This document shows positions 40,406-50,732 of a DNA stretch of 64,000 nucleotides, in pieces (the first letter of the stretch is position 1; every line of letters starts with the position of its first letter). The DNA is from an uncultured Spirochaetota bacterium. Lineage in GTDB: Bacteria > Spirochaetota > Spirochaetia > SZUA-6 > Fen-1364. Below the pieces are notes generated by a model. That model was not told where the DNA came from and searched no databases. It was given only the letters and a program-made list of their open reading frames with translations. A program made the translations under genes and the position numbers. Location: positions 1 to 64,000 of the forward strand of contig CAVUXE010000003.1 of assembly GCA_963745235.1 (NCBI GenBank), written 5' to 3'.

Positions 40406-41089
40406 ATGCGACGCATGGCTTTTCTCACCTTTGGCGTGGCGTCTTTGGTTCTTCTGGCCGGGTGCTCAAAGCCGGATACGAGGTCGACGTTTGACATCGC
40501 GCGGGACGGAACACCGCAGGCTGTCAAGACCGCAATCGACAGGGCAAAAGGCACGGACGGCAATACGCGGGAATACACCCAGGGCAAGACCCTGCTGATG
40601 TGGGCTGCCCAGTTCAACAGCAACCCGGAGGTGACCGCGGTGATCCTGAAATCCGGCGCAGATCTGGAGGCGCGGGACTACGACTCATCCGCGTACGGCT
40701 GGACGGCGCTGATGTGGGCGGCAGATTCTTCGAAGAACCCCGAGGTGATCACGACCCTTGTCAAAGCGGGCGCTGATGTCAAGGCAAAGGACAAGGAAGG
40801 CTTTACTCCGCTCCTGATCGCCGCGGAGAACAACGAGAACGCCGCGGTTGTCGCCAGGGTCGCAAGCGTCGGTTCAGACCTGGAGGCGAAGGACAACAAC
40901 GGATATACGGCCCTGATACAGGCCGCAAGCAAGAATCACAACCCTGACGTCGTTGTCGCGCTGCTCAGTGCGGGAGCCAACGCAAAGGTGAAAAACGCCA
41001 AGGGATACACGGCCCTGGACTACGCGAAGGTCAACCAGTATCTGAAAAACACTGACGCATTCAAAAAACTCGAGGAGGCATCCCGGTAG
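40406..41089 (+). CDS. Ankyrin-repeat lipoprotein
   Basis: Lipobox LAGC; GKTLLMWAA, GWTALMWAA, GFTPLLIAA, GYTALIQAA, GYTALDYA. Confidence 0.92.
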   Translation: MRRMAFLTFGVASLVLLAGCSKPDTRSTFDIARDGTPQAVKTAIDRAKGTDGNTREYTQGKTLLMWAAQFNSNPEVTAVILKSGADLEARDYDSSAYGWTALMWAADSSKNPEVITTLVKAGADVKAKDKEGFTPLLIAAENNENAAVVARVASVGSDLEAKDNNGYTALIQAASKNHNPDVVVALLSAGANAKVKNAKGYTALDYAKVNQYLKNTDAFKKLEEASR

Positions 41090-41128
41090 ACGGGCCTGGT
41101 CCGCAGGCGACCAGAAGGGAGATCGAGC

Positions 41129-42271
41129 ATGAAATTCCTGCAAGCATCCCTCGCATTTGTCATGGCTGTCAGTGCCGTCGTCATGGGCTGCCAGCAGGCG
41201 CCGAAAGAGGTGAAGATTGCCATTGTCGCGCCTCTCTCAGGCGGCCTCTCGGGGTGGGGGGACCTGCTCCGCAACGGTGTCATGTTGGCAGTGGATGAAT
41301 GGAACGCGCAGGGCGGTGTCCTGGGGAAGAAGATTTCTGTTGTCAGCGCTGACAGCCAGGGTGACCCCGCGGTGGTCGTCAGCGCGGCCAACACGGTGAT
41401 TGCCTCGGAGAAAGTTCACTATATGGTCGGGGATGTCTTCTCCAGCCTTTCAATTCCCCTTTCGAACGCGGCAAACGGCGCAAAGGCCATCGTGATCACG
41501 CCGACATCCACAAACAGTGCGGTCACGGTCGACGCGAATGGCTCAACCAAGGCGTACGTCTTTCGCGCCTGCTTCAGCGATCAGTTCCAGGGCCGTGCGG
41601 GTGCCTCTTTCGCGTTCGGAAATCTGAAAGCCCGAAAGGCCTGCGTGATGTTCGATCCCGCGGATGTCTACGTCCGCGGCCTGGCGGAGGCATTTGCGGA
41701 GGCCTTCACCAGGCGCGGCGGAACCGTCGTGGGAAAGGAGAGCTATTCGAACACTGACACCGACTTCTCAAAGACTCTGGCCGCAATCAAGACCGCGGCT
41801 CCCAATGTCATCTACCTCCCGGCGGCCTCCATCCCACTGGTGAACCTCGTCACGGAAAAGGCAAAGGAGGCGGGGATCGGGGCTGCTTTCCTGGGAGGCG
41901 ATTTCTGGGATTCCCCTCAACTCGACCTTGATGCGGCGGAGGGAAGCTACTTTACGAATCACTACTGGCCGGCTGACCAGAGGCCGGAAGTGCGGGCCTT
42001 CGAAAAGGCATACGATCAGAAATATTCGGCCCCCGGTGCGCCGGACATCGTTGCCGGTTTATCCTACGATGCCGCGAACCTGCTGCTGCAGGCAATCCAG
42101 AAAGCAGGCAGGGACGACGTTGCCAGCGTGAGAGCCGCCCTGGAAGGCATCAGCTTCAAGGGGGTCAGCGGCACAATCACTTTCGACGCTCAGCACAACG
42201 CGGTGAAGAGCGCGACGATTGTCCACGTCACCGGCGGAAAGACGGTCCTTGACTCGTATGTTTCACCTTGA
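41129..42271 (+). CDS. LivJ/LivK-type substrate-binding lipoprotein (orphan)
   Basis: VMGC lipobox, APLSG, NAQGGVLGKKI, YVFRACFSD, GGDFWD, SYDAA. Confidence 0.9.
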   Translation: MKFLQASLAFVMAVSAVVMGCQQAPKEVKIAIVAPLSGGLSGWGDLLRNGVMLAVDEWNAQGGVLGKKISVVSADSQGDPAVVVSAANTVIASEKVHYMVGDVFSSLSIPLSNAANGAKAIVITPTSTNSAVTVDANGSTKAYVFRACFSDQFQGRAGASFAFGNLKARKACVMFDPADVYVRGLAEAFAEAFTRRGGTVVGKESYSNTDTDFSKTLAAIKTAAPNVIYLPAASIPLVNLVTEKAKEAGIGAAFLGGDFWDSPQLDLDAAEGSYFTNHYWPADQRPEVRAFEKAYDQKYSAPGAPDIVAGLSYDAANLLLQAIQKAGRDDVASVRAALEGISFKGVSGTITFDAQHNAVKSATIVHVTGGKTVLDSYVSP

Positions 42272-42277
42272 CTCCGA

Positions 42278-43381
42278 TCAGGGCGAAATATACGAGTCGA
42301 AGGCTACTTTTCCTCCCGTGACGTGCTCAACAACAACACCTTTCAGGGGGGTGTGGCTAGCATTCATGGCGATTGTGCCGGTCACCCCCACAAAGGAGAT
42401 CTTTTCCAGCGCGGCACGCACGGCGTCGGTGTTGTCGACCCCGGCGTCGCGGATTGCCGTCAGGAGCAGGTTCGCTGTGTCATAAGAAAGTGCGGCGGCG
42501 AAGCTCGGCGCGTCACTGTACTTTGCGCGATAAGCCTTCACGAAGGCCTGTGCTTCCGGCCGCGGGTCATCCGGCCTGTAATGGGTCGTGAAGTAGCTGC
42601 CATCCGCCGCCTTTGGGTCCAGTGAGGCGTCGTCCCAGCCGTCCCCGCCCATGAAGGTGGCGGTGATCCCTTTCTCTCTGGCCTGCCGCGTGACAAGGTT
42701 CACGATCTGGAGGGAGAGTGCGGAAAGATAGACCAGGTCGGGCCGGGCGCTCCTGATCCGGGCAAGGGTATCGGTGAAATCAGTATCCGTGACGGAATAG
42801 CGCGCCGTTCCCAGCACGGCGCCGCCGAGTCTCGTGAAGCTTGCGGAAAAGATATCCGCAAGGTCGCTGATGTAGACATTGGTGGGATCCACCATGATGA
42901 ATGCCTTCCGTGCCTTCAAGTTCCTGACCGCAAAAGAAGCAGCCAACCTTCCCTGAGTCGCATCGTCAAAGCAGGCTCGAAAGACATAGGGCTTGGGAGC
43001 TCCATGCGTGTCCACAGTCACCGCGGCAACCGTGGAAGTCGGCGTGATCTGAATGACTTTCGCCGCGTTGGCAACCTCGGATACCGCGATGGACAGGGGT
43101 GAAAAGATGTCCCCGATGATGTAGCTGGCATGATCCTTCATTATGACATCCTTCGCTGCCTCGACAGCGGAATCCACGTCGTCAACGCTGGTGCCCTTCA
43201 TGACCATCGTGATCTGTCTCCCCAGCACTCCTCCTCTGGCATTCCACTCATCGATTGCGAGCTGGGCCCCTTCTTGCGCGCCTCCCAGGGAGGCCAGCAC
43301 GGCGATCTTCAAAGGCGCCCTCTGGCAGCCCATTATCAGGGCGAAAGTAAGAGGGACCAGGATCAAGGCTTGACGCTTCAT
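42278..43381 (-). CDS. LivJ/LivK-type substrate-binding lipoprotein (orphan paralog)
   Basis: IMGC lipobox, NARGGVLGRQI, YVFRACFDD, GGDGWD, SYDTA. Confidence 0.9.
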   Translation of the reverse strand: MKRQALILVPLTFALIMGCQRAPLKIAVLASLGGAQEGAQLAIDEWNARGGVLGRQITMVMKGTSVDDVDSAVEAAKDVIMKDHASYIIGDIFSPLSIAVSEVANAAKVIQITPTSTVAAVTVDTHGAPKPYVFRACFDDATQGRLAASFAVRNLKARKAFIMVDPTNVYISDLADIFSASFTRLGGAVLGTARYSVTDTDFTDTLARIRSARPDLVYLSALSLQIVNLVTRQAREKGITATFMGGDGWDDASLDPKAADGSYFTTHYRPDDPRPEAQAFVKAYRAKYSDAPSFAAALSYDTANLLLTAIRDAGVDNTDAVRAALEKISFVGVTGTIAMNASHTPLKGVVVEHVTGGKVAFDSYISP

Positions 43382-43429
43382 GGGAACCTCCGCTCGCCCT
43401 GCTGATGCCCCCGACCGACAGAAGTGCTG

Positions 43430-44911
43430 CTAACTTTTTACCCGGTCGTTTCTGCCCCAGGCGTCCAGCACTCGCCAACCTCCCGCCTCTTTCTCCATTG
43501 TGAATGTGAAGTCGTCAAGATAGTCCCCTGTTTCCAGGAGGAGGCGCACAACGGCCGTGTCTCCGGAGACGGTTATCGCCGGGTCGTAGAAGGTCTGGAA
43601 CTTGAACATGCCGAAGTCCTGCTCTATGACGCGTTGGCAATACGGTGATGCAACCGGAAACTTAGTATACCAGCATGTCCGCGGCATGTAGAGTCCGCCC
43701 TGTACAAACACTGAAAGCATCCCTTGCAGGCTGTGAGAGTTGAACCCATTCTCGAATTGGATCAAGGTATCGAGGATTCGTGCCTCATCCGCGTTCCTGA
43801 CCCTGTATTCCGTCAGGTAGAGCGAGCCATACCTCTTCCCCGGGTCCTGCCCTGTTGCGCCCAGCAGCGCCGCGGCAAGAAGCAGGAGCGCGGCAAGGCC
43901 GGACAAGGCGAGGCACTTTTTCACGGATTTTCGTTCTCCGACGATTGTTCGGATCCTGTCTTTGAGGATCTTTTTCCTTCCTCCCGAGAAGCTGAGCCCC
44001 GCGAACAGCGCCGGTTCCCGGCACAGCTGCGCCGCATCCAGGATGCAGGCCGCGTACGCTTGCGGACGAACTCCGCTTTCGATCACCGCTTCATCGCATG
44101 CTTTTTCCTGCTCCAGATAGAGCCGCGCGTAAGCGGCCCAGACCGGCGGCACGAACCACAGGAGAGAGCAGATCCAGTACGCGATGGCAAGCGTGCATGA
44201 GTCTCCACGCCTGACGTGACGAAGCTCGTGGAGCAGGACGGATTGCCTGCCAGCCGGGGACCATCCCCTGATGCCGGACGGCAGGAAGATGACCGGGCGG
44301 ATTATTCCGCGAGTCATCGGAGTGACGCAGAGCTCGCTCTCCACCACGCTGACCTTCCGGCGGATGCCGATGCGCCGGGAAAGACCCCGGACCATGCGCT
44401 CGTATCCGCGCGTCGTGTCACGGGTTTTTCGTGAAAGACCCAGGAGCTGGAGCCTGCCCCGGATGATTCGTAACCATCCCGCCGCGGCGCCCGCGATCCA
44501 GGCGAGCATGGCGACTGACGGCCAGAGGCTGAGCCACACCTGACCCGTCGATATCTGGCGCCATTCCCGGGCCGCCAGGGGAGGCATGCCTCCCGACAAT
44601 CCGAAGGTCCCCGACGATGGAAGCAGCGCGGAGGAAAGCGCGGCAAGAGCGCCGTGGGTGCCGGGCGCACTGTGTGGGAGAGGCACGTGGAAAACCGGTC
44701 CCGTGAGCGTCAGCGCGAAAATGACGAGGCTGCCTGCGATGGCGGACAGCCAGAGGATGTGCCTCAGCTTCGCGGACGCTTGCTTCAAGATCCACAGGGC
44801 GCCGAATGATACGGCAAGCAGGATTGACACCCTGAAGCAGGCCAACAGGAGGGCCGGAATGAACGGGAGCGCCGTCCGGGCGGCCGCCAGGAGAATGGAG
44901 GGCTCTGTCAT
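43430..44911 (-). CDS. BlaR1/MecR1-like M56 metalloprotease with NTF2-like C-terminal domain
   Basis: SAKLRHILW, RPVIFLP, LLHELRHVRRGD, WFVPPVW, EQEKACD, LKDRI; about 135-aa extracytoplasmic tail ending ITVSGDTAVV...GWRV. Confidence 0.9.
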   Translation of the reverse strand: MTEPSILLAAARTALPFIPALLLACFRVSILLAVSFGALWILKQASAKLRHILWLSAIAGSLVIFALTLTGPVFHVPLPHSAPGTHGALAALSSALLPSSGTFGLSGGMPPLAAREWRQISTGQVWLSLWPSVAMLAWIAGAAAGWLRIIRGRLQLLGLSRKTRDTTRGYERMVRGLSRRIGIRRKVSVVESELCVTPMTRGIIRPVIFLPSGIRGWSPAGRQSVLLHELRHVRRGDSCTLAIAYWICSLLWFVPPVWAAYARLYLEQEKACDEAVIESGVRPQAYAACILDAAQLCREPALFAGLSFSGGRKKILKDRIRTIVGERKSVKKCLALSGLAALLLLAAALLGATGQDPGKRYGSLYLTEYRVRNADEARILDTLIQFENGFNSHSLQGMLSVFVQGGLYMPRTCWYTKFPVASPYCQRVIEQDFGMFKFQTFYDPAITVSGDTAVVRLLLETGDYLDDFTFTMEKEAGGWRVLDAWGRNDRVKS

Positions 44912-45291
44912 GACGAGTCACCTTTCTTCGACTGCTCGATGACCTGGATGAGCTCGCGCACGTCCTCATCGCTCAGGTCCCCGGCATGCAGCGCCACCAT
45001 TGCGGCCACGGCCCGGGGAAGCGAGTCTCCGAAGTAGGTGCTGAGAAGGCTCTTCACCGCGCCCCGGACAGCCTTCGTGCGCGGGGCGGTCGGACTATAG
45101 ATGTACTTCTTGCCGCGCTTGACGTGCTTGAGGTGCCCTTTGCGCTCGAGCACATTCACGATGACGCGCACCGCCGAGTAGCTTGCCGGTTCGGGCATTG
45201 CGGCCCGGATCTCCTCCACTGACGCGCTGGAGCCGCGGTAGATGATTTCCATGACCTGCCGCTCCCGCCTGCTCAGAGCCGAATGAAGCAA
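44908..45291 (-). CDS. BlaI/MecI/CopY family repressor
   Basis: LSRRERQVMEIIY, SYSAVRVIVNVLERKGHL, YIYSP, LLSTYFGDS; TTG start after GGAGG; ATGA-coupled to the M56 gene. Confidence 0.92.
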   Translation of the reverse strand: MLHSALSRRERQVMEIIYRGSSASVEEIRAAMPEPASYSAVRVIVNVLERKGHLKHVKRGKKYIYSPTAPRTKAVRGAVKSLLSTYFGDSLPRAVAAMVALHAGDLSDEDVRELIQVIEQSKKGDSS

Positions 45292-45305
45292 TGACCCTCC
45301 TCTCG

Positions 45306-45341
45306 TGCTTAATTTTGAGCATAAAATCGAGGGGGTGTCAA
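45306..45341 (-). promoter_or_regulatory. Promoter and auto-operator of the blaI-like gene
   Basis: Minus strand TTGACA(45341-45336)-N18-CAAAAT inside TGCTCAAAATTAAGCA (45321-45306). Confidence 0.8.
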
Positions 45342-45434
45342 GACGGCGGGTGTCACGACGGCGCGGCAATTGACGCGTCTCCCGCGGCCGAGATAAAGTT
45401 TCCTGTTTCCCTCGATCACGTTCGATCACTTTCG

Positions 45435-48400
45435 ATGAGACGCCTGGGAATAGATATCGGGTCCCTCACCCTCTCCATGGTCCTCCTCGAGGAGGGGCGG
45501 ATCGTGGCACGGCACTCCTGCGCGCACGAGGGGAGGCCGGGCCCCCTCGTGAAGTCACTGGTCGACCGCGCTCCTTTCTTTCCCTGGGAATGCGCGGGAG
45601 TGACGGGAAGCCTCGCGGGCGCGGGCAAGGGAATCATCGACAACACCCTGGCGACCATCGAGGGAGCTCGCAGGCTCCTTCCCACCTGCGGCAACCTCAT
45701 CGCGATGGGAGGCCAGAGCTTCTCTCTCATCCTTCTTGATGGCGACGGCCGCTACATCGAGCACGTGTCCAACCCGCCGTGTGCGTCAGGCACCGGTTCA
45801 TTCCTGGAGCAGCAAGCCGAGCGGTTGGGGCTCGGCATCCAGGACTTTGCGGAGCGCGCTGCCGCCTTCTCGGGGGAGATTCCGAGGATAGCGACACGCT
45901 GCGCGGTCTTTGCAAAGACGGACATCGTTCACGCAATGCAGGAAGGCTACTGCCTGGACGCCATCTGCGCCGGACTGTGCGAGGGAATTGCCCGCAGCAT
46001 GCTGGACATGCTCCTCAAGGGAAGACGGTTGTCGCCGCCTGTCGGCCTGGTGGGCGGAGTTGCCCTCAATGAGAAGATCGTACAGACCATCGGCCGGATC
46101 CTCGGGATGACAGTGGCGGTCCCTGAGGACTGCCAGTACGCCGGGGCGCTCGGCGCCGCTCTCCTGGGATCGGATGCGACCCTCGGAGACCTGCATCCGG
46201 CGCGCGGGGGCCGCGCGGTCCGACAGCCCCTTCCCAGCGTGCTTGCCGACTACCCTTCCCTTGACGGTTTCGACGTCTCCCTGCGGGATGACGTGGAAGT
46301 ATTCAGACCACGGGAGCGCCCCGACGGAGACGGCTTCTTCCTCGGCATCGACATAGGCTCTACGAGCACGAAGGCGGTGCTCGTAGGCGCCGACGGGAAG
46401 ATCGGAGACGGGTTCTACACTCGCACGAGCGGAGATCCCGTGGGCGCCGTGCAGCGGTTGCTCACGGCCGTGGAAGGCGTGCGCGGCGGCGACGCACCAC
46501 GCCTTCTCGGAGTAGCCACAACGGGGTCCGGCCGGTCCATCATCCGCCACGTGTTCCAGGCTGACCGCGAGATGAACGAGATCACGGCCCACGCAAAGGC
46601 CGCGGTTTTCCTCCAGCCGGACGTGGACACCATCATCGAGATAGGAGGGCAGGACTCGAAGTTCACGCGCATCAGGGACGGCGAGGTGTACTTCTCCACG
46701 ATGAACTACGTCTGCGCGGCGGGCACGGGGAGCTTCATCGAGGAGCAGGCAAAGAGGCTGGGCGCAAGCCTTGCGGATTTCTCTGACATGGCCCTTTCCG
46801 AGCCCGCGCCTTTCACGAGCGACCGGTGCACTGTCTACATGGAGCGGGACCTCGCGGCACTGGTCGGGGAAGGATGGCCGCGGGAGACCCTGGCCGCGGC
46901 CGTCCTGCACTCTGTGCGGGACAATTACCTCTCCAAGGTCGTAGGCAAGAGCGCCCTGGGAGAGACCATCGTTTTTCAGGGGGCCACCGCGCGCAACAAG
47001 GCGCTGGTGGCCGCCTTCGAGCAGCACCTGGGCAAGCCGCTGCACGTGTCTCCGTGGTGCCACCTGACGGGCGCGGTCGGCGCCGCTCTTCTCTGCCGCG
47101 AGGAGGGACTGGCAGCTTCCCGCTTCCTCTGGGAGACGGGACCGATTGCACTCGAATCAGAAGAATGCCGGCTGTGCGCGAACCACTGCCGCCTTACGGT
47201 CATGGACCGCGGCGGCCTTCGCAGCGGCTGGGGAATGAAGTGCGGGCGCGAATACGCGGACAGAAAGCCTCTGCGGCCGGCGGGCCGGACCTCCTCAGTC
47301 TCCTCTATCATAGAGAGGTTCCAGGAAGCCATGCAGCCCCTCTACCAGCAACCAGAGGCGCTCTCCCAATCCGCCCAGCGCAGGAAGTCGATCTCAATCG
47401 GTGTGCCCCGCAGCCTGTACAACGTTTCCTACGAGCCGCTGTGGCACAGCTTCCTTTCCCGCCTTGGGTTCTCCGTGGCCGGCTCGGACCAGCGCACGGG
47501 CGCCCGGGAAGCCGGAACAGAGCTCGTGAACTCTGATTTCTGCGCTCCCATGGTCCTCTCCCATGGTCATGTCAGACGCCTGGTAGACGCGGGGGCAGAC
47601 TTTGTCTTCCTGCCGGGCAGTGGAGAACAGCGCAGAGGGACCCGAGCCGATCCGCTCCACGTTCCGCAGAAGGGACTCGGACAGCGCGTACTGCTACTAC
47701 TCCCAGTACCTGCCGTCGGTTGTCGGGAAGCTGCCGGGCATTCCCCGTCTCAGAGCGCCTCATCTCGCCGCTGCTGCCGCTTCGTGAAAGAAGCCCTGAG
47801 GAGACAAGCGGACTCCTCCATGACGCTCTTGCGGCGAAGGTCCCCGGCTTGACCCGTGAGGAGACGCAGCAGGCATTCACGGAGGCAAACGCCCTTTTCA
47901 CGGCGGCGCGGACACGGCTCGCGGGGAGTTTCCAGCGTGCAGGAAATGACGAGAGTGGGCTGCGCATCCTCCTGCTGGGCAGGCCCTACGTTGTTTTCGA
48001 TGAGAGCCTGAGCCTCTCCCTGCCGCAGACTTTCGAAGAGCTGGGGGCCGCGGTGTTCTGGCAGGAGGAGCTTGACCTGGAGGGCTTCGCGCTGACGTAC
48101 GGGGCCCAGTACCTGGAGCGCATGCACTGGCATTACGGCAAGCTCATCGTGAGAGCCGCTGAGTTCGCGGCTCGCACGGAGAACCTGTTCCCCGTCTTTC
48201 TGACCTGCTTCCGATGCAGCCCGGATTCCTTCCTGATGAGCTACGTGAAGGACATCCTGACCCATTTCGGAAAGCCATTCCTGTTCCTCCAGCTCGACTC
48301 CCACGCTTCGGACGTCGGCTACCTGACCCGGATCGAGGCCGCCCTGCATTCGTTCCGCAACTACCGCAAGGGGGAAAAAGCCGCGCGAAAGGCGCCATTG

Positions 48401-49651
48401 CCCCCTGCCGTCGTCCACGCCCGGAATGACAGCCTCTCTGCAGGTGACACAATCCTCATCCCGGCCATCGACACGCTGATCAGCCGGTTCTGGGGTGATG
48501 TCTTCTCGCGCATGGGCCACCCCGTCGTCCTCCTGGAGGCGGGGGCCACCGCGCTGAACACCGGTTATCGTTTCGCGAGCGGCGGTGAGTGCATGCCCCT
48601 GGTCTCCATCGTGGGAGCGGCCATCGAGAGGATCCGGGATGGAGCCCTCGACCCTTCCAGGACATTCTTTTTCATGCCTACCTCGCCTTTCTCCTGCAAC
48701 ATGCCGCAGTTCCCGGTGTTTTCCGACATGGCATTTCGCGCGGCCGGCATCCGGGGCTTGAAGATCGGCCAGCTGAACTTCATGGCCCTCGGGGACACGC
48801 TTCCACAGACACTCGCCGGGAAGGTCCTGGAGACCTACATCGTCGCGTGCCTTCTGTACAAGCTGACATCCAGGATCAGGCCGTACGAGAAAAGGCGGGG
48901 GGACACGGACCACGCCCTTTGCCATGCGGAAGCCAGAATCCGCGCGGCCATCATGTCCGGCGGAGACTTGCGCTCTTCGCTTGCCGGATGTGTCGAGCTT
49001 TTCCGCGGAGTCGAGCGGGACGAGTCAGCAGGCCGCAAGCCGCGCATCGCGCTGCTCGGGGACCTGTACGTGAAGTACAACGCCGTGTTGAACGAGGGCA
49101 TCCAGTCCCTCGTTGAAGCCCTCGGCGGAGAGATGGTCATCTCATCAATGACGGAGTACCCGGCCCACCTGCTGGACATCGGCGCGCGCCGCTACGGTGA
49201 GGACCCCCGTTCGGCACGGATCCTCAAGACCGTGGAACAGCGCTATGAAAAGCTCGCTGAGGACCTGATTGGAGACCAGGCGGAGCCCGACTTCGCGGAG
49301 TGCGTGAGGCTGATGAAGGAAAACGGCTTCTCCCACTACATCGCCGGTGAGACGTCGATCAACGTCGGAAGGGCGCTGTGGTATTGCGCTCACCACGCCG
49401 TGGAGGCAATTGTCCATGTCAATCCCATGTTCTGCTGCCCCGGTGTCGTCACGGCCTCCCTGTTCCGCAAGATCCAGGCGGACTTTGGAGTTCCCCTCAT
49501 CGACATCTTTTTTGACGGGACGGGAAGCACGTCGCGAGTGCTCATCCCGCACTTGCACTACCTGCGGCCGGCAAGGACAGGCGCGGCCGTGATATACTCG
49601 AGCTCACAAGGTAATGTCCATGAAAAAGACCATTCGTCTGCTGATCGCTGA
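45435..49651 (+). CDS. Large 2-hydroxyacyl-CoA dehydratase activase (two ASKHA ATPase domains plus DUF2229-like); frameshifts near 47615 and 47745
   Basis: GIDIGS twice, CASGTGSFLEQQA, RCAVFAKTD, EIGGQDSK, NYVCAAGTGSF, TCFRCSPDSF, GGECMP, NPMFCCPG. Confidence 0.87.
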
Positions 49652-50295
49652 CGATCACGGCATTGTCCGCAAGGGCATCAAGGCCCTCCTGGCCACGGAG
49701 AAAGACATGCAGGTTGTCGGGGAGGCGGAGAACGGCGCCCAGGCCCTGGAGAAGGCCGCGGCCCTGAAGCCGGATGTCGTCCTGATGGACCTCGTGATGC
49801 CGGAGATGGACGGGATAGAGGCGACGCGCCGGATCACCGCGGAGCAGCCCGGCACCAGGATCCTTGTCCTCACGAGCTTCGCCGCTGATGACAAGGTCTT
49901 CCCGGCAGTCAAGGCCGGCGCCCTCGGATACCTGTTGAAGGACTCGACTCCCGAGCAGCTCCTGGAGGCAATCCGCCAGGTCTACCGGGGCGAGCCTTCC
50001 CTGGAACCCTCCATCGCGCGCAAGGTGCTGCAGGAGCTGTCCCATCCCGGCCAGGGCAAGCAGACAGCGGAACCGCTCACCGAGAGAGAGCTGGAAGTGC
50101 TGCGGCTCATCGCGCAGGGAATGAGCAACAAGGACATCGCGGCAAAGATCTTCGTCGCGGAGTGGACCGTGCGCAGCCATGTCAGCAACATCCTTGGCAA
50201 GCTTCACCTGGCCGAGCCGGACGCAGGCCGCCCTCTATGCCCTTCGCTCGGGCATAGCGTCCCTTTCCGACGCGTCGGCTTCCGATCACGCCTGA
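49620..50295 (+). CDS. NarL/LuxR-family response regulator (frameshift near 50212)
   Basis: IADDH, MDLVMP, GYLLKD, LTERELEVL, HVSNILGKL; the alternative frame gives SRTQAALYA to a stop at 50295. Confidence 0.88.
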
Positions 50296-50352
50296 GACAA
50301 TCACACATTTTATCGATGCAAGCAGGCGGCGGGGCGGACCTATACTCGTATC

Positions 50353-50721
50353 GTGAGAATCATCATCGCCGACGACCAGAAGCACACGAGAAACGGCTTG
50401 CGGGCCGTGCTTTCGGCGTGCCTGGATGCGCCCGAGATATGGGAAGCGACCACGGGGCTTGAAGCGGAGCATCTCGCGGAGGCGGTTCACCCTCATCTCA
50501 TCGTGATGGACATCCGCATGCCGGGCCGTGACGGGCTGTCCGCCACCAGGCGGATCAAGTCCGAGCACCCGGAGATCAAGGTCCTGGTGCTGTCCCTGCG
50601 CGCCGATGGCTCGCGGGATGCGCTGGCCGCCGGGGCGGACGCGTTCGTGAGCAAGGGCGAGAGCCCCCAGCGGCTCCTCGCCGCAATAGCGGAGCTTGCG
50701 GACGGGCGCCCCCGGCCGTAG
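50353..50721 (+). CDS. Stand-alone receiver domain protein
   Basis: IIADD, MDIRMPGRDG, AGADAFVSK; no output domain. Confidence 0.88.
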   Translation: MRIIIADDQKHTRNGLRAVLSACLDAPEIWEATTGLEAEHLAEAVHPHLIVMDIRMPGRDGLSATRRIKSEHPEIKVLVLSLRADGSRDALAAGADAFVSKGESPQRLLAAIAELADGRPRP

Positions 50722-50732
50722 TATCGGAGGTC

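Noticed and set aside
43430-45291. Beta-lactam resistance locus
   Set aside because: No beta-lactamase or PBP gene, and the sensor lacks a penicillin-binding domain.
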